In this document: positions 24,751 to 34,900 of the stretch, in pieces | Position numbering within the stretch: position 1 is the stretch's first letter | Layout: each line of letters starts with the position of its first letter | Assembly: GCF_036321535.1 (NCBI RefSeq) | Contig: NC_087453.1 | Coordinates: 372,001 to 436,000, forward strand | Direction: 5' to 3' | From: Camelus dromedarius | Lineage: Eukaryota | Length of the DNA: 64,000 nucleotides | Position numbers and translations under genes: made by a program | Notes under the pieces: model-generated | What the model was told of the DNA's origin: nothing | Databases searched by the model: none | The model's input: the letters and a program-made list of their open reading frames with translations, nothing else

Positions 24751-25559
24751 GGCCGGCCGGCCGGCCGGGCACCAAGGCTGCAGCGGCGAGGGCGGACACT
24801 CGGGACGCGGCCCCGGGCCGGGCCGGGCCGGGCTGGCCGGGCCGCCGACCCCCGCCCTGGATCGGCCGCCGCCCGCGCCTCGCTGCCCGGAGGCTGCCGG
24901 CCGGCCCCGCCCCCTCCTCGAGGCCCGAGGCCCCGCCCCGCCCCGCCCCCGCGTGCCCATTGGCCTGCCCTGCGGCCCGGCCCGGCCCCGCCCCGTCCGT
25001 CTGCTCCCGCGCTGGTCGCTCCCGCGCCGGCCGGGGAAGGGGTGCGGCCCGCGCCCGCCCGCTCAACGCCCCACCCCCTCCCGAGCTCGGCGCCGGCAGG
25101 CCCTGGCGTCCGGCGGGCCGGCTTCCTCGCGGGTTGCTGCTACGCGAGCTGCGGGATCTGGGAGGGGGCCGCGTCTCCTTGGCGGGCTTCCCGGGAGCAG
25201 GTTACTCTTTAACGCACGGCCGCCCACCTCTCCCACCCCTTATGTAACTCCAGGGGCCGGGTGGCGGAGCCCTCCCTGACATTCCGGGTCCAGGTCCCAC
25301 CCTGGGGCGGCCACCGGGCGGGCCGGCTCACTGCCCTGAGGGCCCACTGGCCTAGGGACCACCCCCCAGGGCTTGCCTCCCTCCCTACTTGGTCTTCTGA
25401 GCCCGACCCGCCGGTGTCCCCAGGCGGAAGGGAGCCCGTCCCGAGGGGAGGTTTTAAACTACTTCCCGACCTCCCCACACTCCCTGCCCGCCCAGCCTCC
25501 CAGGCTTTCAAGAAGAGCAGGCGGTGAGGCAAGGCTGTGTTCGGCGCCTGAGCTGGGGA

Positions 25560-25565
25560 TTTATT
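25560..25565 (-). terminator. LIME1: LIME1 polyadenylation signal AATAAA
   Basis: tttatt on the + strand, about 190 nt downstream of the stop codon. Confidence 0.7.
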
Positions 25566-25757
25566 GAGAGGCTGCCCTGGACCCAGGGACCCCACAGGCT
25601 GGCAGCCCTGCGATCTGGAATTTCTGCTGTCAGCTGTGTGTGGGAGGGGACTGTGGGGGAAGTGAAGGGTGGCACCCCACTCTGGAAGAAGGACCATGGT
25701 ACTTGGGTGTTTAGACAGGAAGCAGGGGGCTCCATGCCCTGCATATGTCCTCTCCTG

Positions 25758-25994
25758 CTAGGAGCTCGAGCTAGGGGGCTCCAGGTGCGCAGAAGCCCCC
25801 ATCTCCTGGATGCTCTCATACACGTTTTCCAGGAGGCTCTTGTCCACACCCAGACCCCTGAGTGGAAGGACCTCGTAGGCCGAGTCACCCCTCAGAGCCA
25901 GAATTGCTCCCCCTCCATTGGGGTTGGGCTGGCATGTGGCAGGTCCTGGGTCCCTCCTTTTAGGCTTGCTGACCCTGGAGTACAGGAGGTCCAC
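25758..25994 (-). CDS. LIME1: LIME1 terminal coding exon
   Basis: [16 protein letters not shown]...ENVYESIQE...*. Confidence 0.93.
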   Translation of the reverse strand: MDLLYSRVSKPKRRDPGPATCQPNPNGGGAILALRGDSAYEVLPLRGLGVDKSLLENVYESIQEMGASAHLEPPSSSS

Positions 25995-27016
25995 CTGGAG
26001 AGAGGAAGCCAACCCGGGGAGGGGTCAGCACCATCCGTTCTGCCAAGGATCTGCTCAGTCCAACCCACCCTGCCTCACATCCTTCACTATACCTGAGTGG
26101 CTGGGGTCAGCTCAGCCTTCCCCAGCTCCAGGCCTTGGGGACCCCGATCTGTTCCCTTGAACTTCTGGATGCAAGCATACTCAGCCACCACGGGTCTGGC
26201 CGCAGGCCCAGGCCTGGCACAGCTGCTGGTCAGCCATGACCCTGTCCACACCCCAGGGCTGACTGCCAGGCTGGCCCGGGGGATTGCAGCCAGCCCCACG
26301 TTGGAATAGGTGGCCTCGGGGCCGGTGGAGGGCGCAGCCAGGGGCAGCTCCAGGTGTGAGAAGGCTGCTGGGGGCCTGGTAGTGCCTCTGGACACCTCTG
26401 GCCATTGCGGGCACAGGAAATCCACGCTGGCGGGCCGTGGGGCTGGGGCTGGGGTCAGGGAAGGGATCACTCAGGGTCAGGGGATGCCTGCCCACTGCCA
26501 GGCCCGGCCCTCCCACTGGCTCACCTCTGCTGCAGGGCCGGCTGCGGTGCAGCTCATGCAGTCTGGTGTCCGACTTGCTGAGGGAGTGGTGGTAGGGCCG
26601 TCTCATCAGTGACTGGGGGCGAGGAAGACTGGCTGGTGCCCTGCTGGCCCCACCCTGGCCCCGGGGACAGCCTGGCACTCACCCCTTCCGCTGGCATCAC
26701 ACTGTCCTGCAGCCTGGACAGCTGCCTTGGCACCCGCTTCCTGGGGGCAAGAGGGTCATCAGGCCAGTGAGGCAGACACGCGGGTCAAGGGCATCTGCCC
26801 CTGGTCTGAGGCCCACAGGGAGGCATGTGTACAGAGCTGGTGCTAGGCCGGCCTGGAGCCCCACCCCTTCTGGCTGCAGAGCTGAGCCAGGCCCCACCAA
26901 GGCCAGGGGTGGACATACCTGTGGCAGGCTGAGCACAGCACCCACAGCCAGAGCAGGAAGGTGAGGCACCCTAGGACCCAGAGGGCAGGAGGGGCCAAGG
27001 GCACCTGTGGCCTCAT
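25758..27016 (-). CDS. LIME1: LIME1 (Lck-interacting transmembrane adaptor 1), ~276 aa: complement(join(25758..25994,26093..26442,26525..26612,26683..26740,26919..27016))
   Basis: N-terminal transmembrane segment [18 protein letters not shown] with a CxxC palmitoylation motif (CSAC); [14 protein letters not shown]; tyrosine motifs YSNV, YACI, YSRV, YEVL and YESI; 831 nt, phase-consistent. Confidence 0.94.
26093..26442 (-). CDS. LIME1: LIME1 coding exon 4
   Basis: RPASVD...[11 protein letters not shown]...AEYACIQK. Confidence 0.92.
26525..26612 (-). CDS. LIME1: LIME1 coding exon 3
   Basis: [23 protein letters not shown]; 88 nt. Confidence 0.93.
26683..26740 (-). CDS. LIME1: LIME1 coding exon 2
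   Basis: [20 protein letters not shown]; flanked by CAG and GTGAGT. Confidence 0.85.
26919..27016 (-). CDS. LIME1: LIME1 first coding exon
   Basis: [16 protein letters not shown]...CSACH; donor GTATGT. Confidence 0.92.
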
Positions 27017-27900
27017 CCTGCAAAGCCGTGGACAGGCCTGGAGGCAGAAGACAGAGGGCTGGGGGCTAAGGGACTGGGCACCTCCCTGACAGGCCCACTC
27101 CTGCGACTCCAGCTGCTGGGCGTTTCCCTCCCCCTTGGGTGCTGACTCAGCACACAGGAAACCCCAAGGCTCAGCAACCCTCCTTCCTACAGAGGCTGAG
27201 GGGACACAGCCCAGGTGCCTACCTTCCCACCTCTGCCTGGGGACTCCTGGTGAGTGTGAGGTGTGCTCTGCCTGGCCCCTGGGCACCTGAGTTGGTGAGG
27301 ATGAGCAGGTGATGGCCAAGCATGGCCAGTGAGGAGGGGCAGGGCAGCTGTGACCTGGCCAAAGCCCTGCTGTGGTCACTGCAGCCCAAACCTGAGAGCC
27401 AGGGAGGCCCTGAGGTCACACCCTAGGCTTGCAAGCCACGAGCCACACTCACCTGCAGCCACGTCCTGCCCAGGCATGGCTCCTGTCTCAGGTATGCCCC
27501 CTAGCTGTCCGCTACAGAGGCTGGCCCCTGAGGGGCTGGAAAGCCGGTGGAGGGGGAGGAAGGGCTGCTCTGGGCATTGCCTGCCCCACCCCACCTCTCC
27601 ATCCACCGCTCCAACTGTCTCTGCCACTGGACGTCTGCTTCCTGGCGTCTTACAGAGCTGCTTGAGGGGAGAGGGCGTCTACCCCACAACCAGCATGGTC
27701 TTGTAGTCCAGCAGCACAGAGCCAGGGGATGAGGTGTTTCGGAGGTGGAGGCCAGTCTGCCCAGACCCAGGGAGGACCCAGGCCCCAGTGACCTGACCCG
27801 GTAGGGCCCAATCCTCCCAGACCCCAGTCCTCAGCTGTCCGAGGAAGGCACTAAGCGGCCTGGGGCCCTGGCCAGGCTGGAGACCAGAGCAGACACTTAC

Positions 27901-28030
27901 CAAGGCCGAGGCGCACGCCTCCTCCGCTGTCTGGGGCAGCAGGCAGCCTGGGCACCTTGAGGCGCGGTGCCTTTGTGCAGCCCTCAGCCCAGCTCCCACC
28001 TCACTTCCTGCCTGTGCGTCAGGCTGCGTC
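27901..28030 (-). other. LIME1: Probable LIME1 non-coding exon 1 and promoter
   Basis: Strong donor G/GTAAGT at 27900 and an ETS-type CACTTCCTG at ~28002. The 5' boundary is a guess. Confidence 0.5.
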
Positions 28031-28549
28031 TCCCCACACAGCCACTCAACCCTGCACTGCAGCCTCAGCCACCTGCCGCGGCCCCGCCTGGGGTCTCGGC
28101 GGTACCGGGTGGGGGTGCACTGTGAGCCAGCACTGTCCTGAGAGCTGGCCGTAGGTTGTCTCCAGCCACGACGAGGTGGGCACACCAGCCAGGAGACAGG
28201 CACAGCACGGGAACTGGGTGGTCTTGTGGCTGCCCAGCCCTGGGGCTGAACCCAGACTCTCGGGCTGCCAACACCCCTGGGGGCCTGCACGGTCTCCTCC
28301 CACCGTGGCAGCAGCGGCTCCACCCATCTGTGGTTCAGGCGACAAGGGGGGCACCTCAGGCTCTGATCTGCCTCAGAGCTGCTGGCAGAGCCCCTTCTGG
28401 GAGGGCAGTGAGAATGCCAGTCCTCCTGGGCCCTCTGCCTCATTCAGGACCCCTCCAGTCCCGACCCGAGTCCTGGTGCAAAGACCCCTCCTCTCCACAA
28501 AGACCCCACAGCCAGCCAAGCTTCCAGTGAGACACTGCAACAACATCAC

Positions 28550-28555
28550 TTTAAT
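28550..28555 (-). terminator. ZGPAT: ZGPAT polyadenylation signal ATTAAA
   Basis: tttaat on the + strand, about 260 nt after the stop codon. Confidence 0.6.
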
Positions 28556-28815
28556 GTCCATCCTGAGTGAGCGGACTCCTGAAGACACTGGCAGGTGGGC
28601 TCAGGGGCAAGCTCGTGTTGAGAAGTGCCCCCAGCCCCAGCGCCCCTCAGCAGTGTCCATGCGCCCTGGGCTGGCAGGAAGGCCAGCCGTGGGGTCTAGC
28701 CTGGGCTGGACTGGCCCCTCTGCTGGTGGCGTCTGAGTCGCTGGGTGACGGCTGGTCTTGCAGAGGGCAGTGGGGCCAGGGCCCCTAGGCTCTGCGCGCG
28801 TGGCGCGTGGGAACC

Positions 28816-28954
28816 CTAGAACTCGGTCATCTTCTTGTGGGTGTCTGCCTTCCTCTGTTCCCGCTGCAGGCCTGCCTCCTGGGCCTGGAGCTGCCCCAGC
28901 TGCCGCTGGGCGCCTGCCAACTTCTCCTGCAGCTGGGCCTCCGTCACGCTGTGC
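28816..28954 (-). CDS. ZGPAT: ZGPAT terminal coding exon
   Basis: HSVTEAQLQEKL...HKKMTEF*. Confidence 0.96.
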
Positions 28955-31900
28955 CTAGAGAGGGGCCTGCCATTCCGCCTGGGTTCTGCACGTGGCAGCC
29001 CAGCCCCCACCCAGGCCTCTCCCATCATCCTCCAACCCACAGCACCCCCGGACCGGCCACCCTTGGTCAGGGCCAGCTTGCACGTGAACGGCGGGTGGGG
29101 TACCCACGCGGGGGCCTGCCCTAAGCCCAGGCCCGCACGTACCGGCCGGTGTTGCGGGCGAGGGCCTCCTGGATACCCCGGATGACTCGCTGGGTCTGCT
29201 CAATCTTCTCCTCGGTCTGGAGGAGCCGCAGGCTCAGGGCCCGCTTGGTGCTCTTGCTGGCGTGGTACACCTCTTTGCCGCTCCTCCTCCCTGCGGGCGC
29301 GGCCCCCGCCTCCAGGGCCCCGGGGGCCCTGCCCCGCAGCTTCTCATTCAGGAAGTCGAACACGCTCCGAGGGGGTGGGCGGCCCCCAGGTCCAACCCCT
29401 CTCCCCCGGCATTTTGGGGGCCTGCTGGTGCCGGCCTTGCTGGCCCGGGTCCTCCTCTGCAGGATCTCTGCACACTGGTCCAGCGACTTCCCTCGCGGCA
29501 GCACCACGGCATGGATGGGCTCCACCCGGCCCTCCGAGTGTCGGCCCAGACCTGAGGGGACATGGGGCTGGCACTGTTGCTGGAACCCTGGGCTGAGCTG
29601 CGGGAGCCCCCTCACCTCCCTGGTGCAGGGCACACTTACCCTTGCCAAACTCATAGCCCATCTTGGCGAGGAGTCTGGAGCCAATGCCTCGTGTGTGCAC
29701 CTCCCAGCCAGCGAAGGCGGAGCTGCAGGTCCCGGGGTCAGCAGCGCTGGGTTCCACCACTACGCAATCAAAGGGCAGTGGCTTGACCCAGCCAGGTCCA
29801 AAGCATGCGGGGCTCTGGCCAGGGTTAGCCCAAGAGCTCAGCTCTGGGCCAGGGCTGCAATGCCTTGTGCCTCCGGCTCCCTGCCGGTGACCCAGGGCTG
29901 TGGTGGTGACAGCAATGGGCAGGGCTTGTGGCAGAGCCTGGCCCTCTCCATGCTTCTGGGCCACAACCTGGTCACATGGTGGCCCCATCCTGCACGGCCC
30001 TTCTCCTGACCCACCTTCCCAGGAAGCGGGCTCCGCTCCCCTCCACTTGTTGGCTTACATCACAGGTCCCGCAGGGACCTCCCCTCAGGAGGGCCAGACA
30101 CTGCCAGCCAATCCTCCTCCTGAAATTCTCCCTTTCCGGCTGTCTGGACGCAGCTCCTGCTCCATCCACCGGGCACCCGGGCCCTGAAGGGAGCCACTGG
30201 AAGGAGCTGCTCCTTCCTGCGCACCAGGCGCCCCTCTCTTCCCTGCCCCTCCCGTGGCTCCTGTGGGACTGTAATTGCTGACGTGCTTCTTGAAGATGAG
30301 GGCTGCATTTTTGTGTCCGTGAGTCTCTGGACCTACCCTAGACCTGCCCTACACTTGCTCATCAGCCCCAGCCCCTCTGGGGGGCTTCCACACCCAGCAC
30401 CCCCTCTGATATGCATCCTCTTCCTGACCAGAAGGAGTCTCTTGGGGTGGCTGCTGCCCACGCTGCCCGCCCCCGCCGTCCTGCTCCCAGGCCGAGCCGC
30501 AGCCATACCTCTAGCATAGCTGGGGTCGTCTGCATCGCTGCTGTCTGAGTCAGAGGACCCTGTGGACTCCGTGCGCAGTGGGGGCAGGATGCTGTCCCCC
30601 TCCACCACGGTCTCCTTCAACAGCAGAGAGTCAAACTTGACTGTGTAGTAGCCGCTATCCACATCTGGAGGGGCACCAAGACAGCTGGGTCAGTGGCCTC
30701 AACACATGACAAGAGCCACAACGGGAGCCAGGAATAGGGTGGGGCCGAGGCCAAGGGTGGCCTCACTCCTCCTGGCCAAGGCGTGGGGTCCCAATGCCCA
30801 ACCAAAGGGGTGGTCACACAGGACCAATGCGTGTGACGCATGGAGAGGGCTTCCCAGGAAGGGCCCTGTCAGGGAGGCCCTGGGCAGCCTCACCAGTGAT
30901 CCGCGCTGGGTACCAGAGGCCGTCCTGCTGCTTGGCCAGACAGGCAGAGCCGGCCTGCAGAGAGCTCAGGTCTGGGTCTTGGAAGGGGCGCAGCTCCTCC
31001 ACAGAGACCACCTGCCCATGGGAGAACCTGCGGAGAGGGCCGCAGGGTGCAGACTCAGACATGGCCCACCAGGGCCGCGCGGGCCCAGGAGAATCAAGTC
31101 TACCTGCCTGGGCGCTGCCCTGGAGGAAGGACAGGGACACACACACACGTGCTTGCACACACACGCGCACACGTACATTTGCTCACACTGCACATACATA
31201 CATGTGTGCACACCACAGGCACGCACACGTGCGTATGCGTATATCCTCCCTGTGCTCGAGCTCTCACTCTCAGGATGGACTGGGCGCCCCCAGGACAAGC
31301 TCCTTTGCGTGACTGCCTGGGAGAGCGTGGCTGGCAGCATCCCCCCCGTGAGGAGAGCACCCCTTGTTTCTCCGCCAGACACAGGGCCTGGACACCATGA
31401 GTGAGCAAGGCGGGGCATGTGCTCACAGGACTCGGTCCTCCCCAGCTGACCAGGAGGACCTGGCTGTACCAGCGCGGCCCTGATGTCTAGACATCAGTGA
31501 AACGGTGAAATCAACACGCAAATTGGGAGAGAGGAGGAAGGAGGGGAGGAGGAGGGGCGGGGACAGAGGGCTGCAGCCTTAACTCTGCCAAATAAAGACA
31601 TGAAAAGCCACCCACAGCCCCTGAGTGCTGCTGCTGCAGAGAGGAAACCGCTCTGACCCCACAGGAGCAGCCAGGACAGCATGGCCCCCCGCCCAGAGCC
31701 AGCGGGGCCATGGTTGCCCTCGCAGTGAGAAGAGGGAAAACAGAAGGTACCTCCATCATGTCCCGGGTCGGACAAAGACACCCTCGGAGGCCTGCCGGGG
31801 CCGGACTCTGGGCAGCTCCTTCCCACATCTGCCTGTCCTCAGGCGGCCAGGGCACTGCCAATGACTGAGTGGCACCAGCAGCTGCCAGACCGGGCCCCAC

Positions 31901-34900
31901 CTGGACTGTGGTGGACACTGCAGTTGAAAAGCCCTGCTCAACCAAGGAGCAGAGGCCTACCCGCCGGGTGCATTGGCCAAATACGCCCTTGACACACACA
32001 TAACCCTGAGACACCACCAGCCAAATGCCTGCATGAGTCCTCAGTAAGATGAGGGCCCTACAGTTTGTACCTTCCTCAACCCAGAAGGGCTTCCAAGAGA
32101 TGCTTCTAAACAAATAGTAACTAAACTACTCACAGATTTAGCCACAAGGACGTTAACCAAATGTGAGATACTTGGAAATAACCTAGATTCCCAACTGTGG
32201 GGAGCAGTGAATGGCACACCCATAAAATGAACGTGAATCCAGGAGAGGGGGAGACTGACCAACGGAATGACAGGCACACCCTGGAGAGCTCTGCACACAG
32301 CCAACCTCACTCAGGACAGAGCGAGCGTCACAAATGAGGCAGGAAGGGATGGGCTGCAGATTTCATCACGAAAAAACTAAACTGGTTTCCCATACCAAAA
32401 AAAAACCCACCCCAAAACACACCACTCAGTCATCTACCTCACAACGTTCACAAAAATCCACTCCAGGATAAGTAAAAACTTGAACCTGAGAACAAGCATT
32501 TAGCACAGCTAAGAGTGGTTTATCCCAGGAATGCAAGGGTGGTTCAACACGTGACCTTCACTCAACGAAATAAAGCACATAAACAGAACGAAGGGAAAAC
32601 CCAGGGGCGTGTCGACTGATGAGGGAAAGACATTTGGAAAAACCCAACACCCTTTCATGATAAAAACACTCAGCCAACCAGGGGGAGAAGGGAACTTCCT
32701 CAACTGGATAAGCAGCACGTCTGGGAAGCCCACAGCTCGCCTCCTACTCAGCAGTGAAAGACGGGGTGCTTCCCCACGATGAGGGGCAGGCGAGGATGCC
32801 CGCTCTCCACTTCTGCGTGACACGGTACTGGGAGTTCTGGGCAGAGCAATCAAGCATGAGAAAGAAACAAAAGCAGCCAAACAGGAGAGGGAGCAGCAAA
32901 ATAACCTCTATCTGCCAGTGACATGGCTGTGTATATAGAAAACCCTAAATGACCCACAGAAAGTCCCATCAGAGCTAACAAATGAATCTGGCAACATTGC
33001 AGGATACAAGACTGACATGCAAAAATCAGCTCTGCTGCAACACATCACCAAGGACCACGCTAGGAGTGAAACTGACAGCTTCGTTCACAACAGCATCAAA
33101 GCGAGGAAGAGCCCCACAAACTCCCCCACCCAAGGGTGAGGCTGCAGAGCGTCGCTGAGAAGCTGAAGACGACCAGCGTGACTGGAAGGACACCCTGGGC
33201 TCGTGAATTAGAATTGGCATTGTATCTGCAGACCCAGTGTGATTCCTGCCATCTTTTACACAGAAACAAACTGCTTTTAAAACTGATACAGAATTACAAA
33301 GGGTCCCGAATACCCAAAACCACCTTGAGAGGAAGGGAAAGCGTTAAAAGACTATGCACGTCCTGACCTTGAGACTCACCACAGAGTCAGGCATCAAAAT
33401 AGTGCGTCCCAGGATAAATCGACCGTGTGGCCCCACGGACGAGATGAGAGCCGGAACTCAGCCCACACACGTGACCAGTCACGTCTCAACACGGGGCCCT
33501 GGCCAATCAGCCCTGCTGGAAGCTAGACCCTTATCAGAGCCCCGATTTATGTGGGAAAAATTAAACTTTTCAACAATACTTTATGTCAGAATGGAGTAAG
33601 TTATATAAAATGTTCAAAGAAAGAACATGAGCCAAGACTCTCATATTCTGTGAAACTGCTCTTCAAGCAAAGACAAACAGAAGGTAAGCAACGTGCCAGG
33701 CCTCCTGTGGGCCTCAGACGCCCACAACGACCAGAAAGACCCTGACAGATGGAGCGAGGTCGAGCACACAGAGCAAGGTTTCTTCTGGGACGAAGGCTGA
33801 GAGTAAAAGGGAGATGGTGCGGGTCTAGTGCAGACAGCAGGAAGCACGCGGGTAGCGTGTGTAAAAACATTTTCAACAGTTTTCAGTCATCACAGATAAA
33901 AAATCACAGAGTGTTGTGATTCTGAGCACATCATGTATGTAAAATGGGGTAAAACAAATTAATTATGGGATGTTTGGAGCCCACCCTCTTGTGTCCTTGA
34001 GGTAGAGAAGGAAACACAGGTGTGGCTCAGAAAAGATGATGAATTCACAAGGTATTCCGTCCTTAATAACAAGTACCTAGTATGTGTACAGATACAGTCA
34101 GTGTAAATCCGTGTGTCCACCTCCATCTCCTGGCTCTATCTGCTGCAAAGACCCAGAACGGGGGCTGCCCAGCAAGAGTGCGTCCCAGGGCCCCTGTCGT
34201 GGGTCTTGAAATACCGCCTCCTGTTGGAAGAAGCAAGGGCCTCTGGGAGACTTGGCCACATTTGGGCTTGGAGTAGGAAGAGCAGGGATGAGTGTGGAGT
34301 CCTGACTCCTGGGCCAAAAGGAGCCAAGGGTGGGACAATTTGAGTTTCAACAAAGATCAGAATCTCAGTGACTGAAAATCAAATATACTTAAATCCATGA
34401 GTCCATAAGGCCATTGAACATTGTTTTAAAAGCGAATTCATCACCTTCTCAGGATTAAAGAGAACCAATTCATTATCTGGGAGGCCAAGTGAACAAGACA
34501 GAAGAGCTCGGCATGATCCTGCCTTCCCTATGTGAGCCGTACCACTAAGTAGCCAGGTCGGAGGTGAGGAGAGGTATCTCTCTACAACATTCCAGCAAGT
34601 AAATTAAACCCAACTGACAGAATTAAAAGATCTCTTTTGGCAACCTGCACCGAATCACTGGATGTAGGCGTTGGGCATCACTGGCAGCCAACACCACAGA
34701 AGAACAAGGAGACATCAGGTGCTTCCTTAGTAAAGAACAGCGCCCCGAGTCCCTGGATCCCACTGCCGGCTGCAGGGTGTTTGCTGATGGTCAAAGGGTC
34801 TGGTCTTCAACGGTGAGACTGGGGTCCAAGGGCAGCGGGCAGAGGGTGCGCACAGCCAGATGCAGGCACAGCAGGCTTAGAACGTGAGCGACTTAGACTA

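Larger units (their letters stand above)
24150..25350. promoter_or_regulatory. SLC2A4RG: CpG island / SLC2A4RG promoter
   Basis: Very high GC and CpG density with many GGGCGG/CCCGCC boxes around exons 1-2. Confidence 0.88.

Noticed and set aside
23675-25279. 534-aa + strand ORF
   Set aside because: Antisense to the SLC2A4RG CpG island, with low-complexity Pro/Arg/Gly/Ala composition. Stops are simply rare at this GC content.
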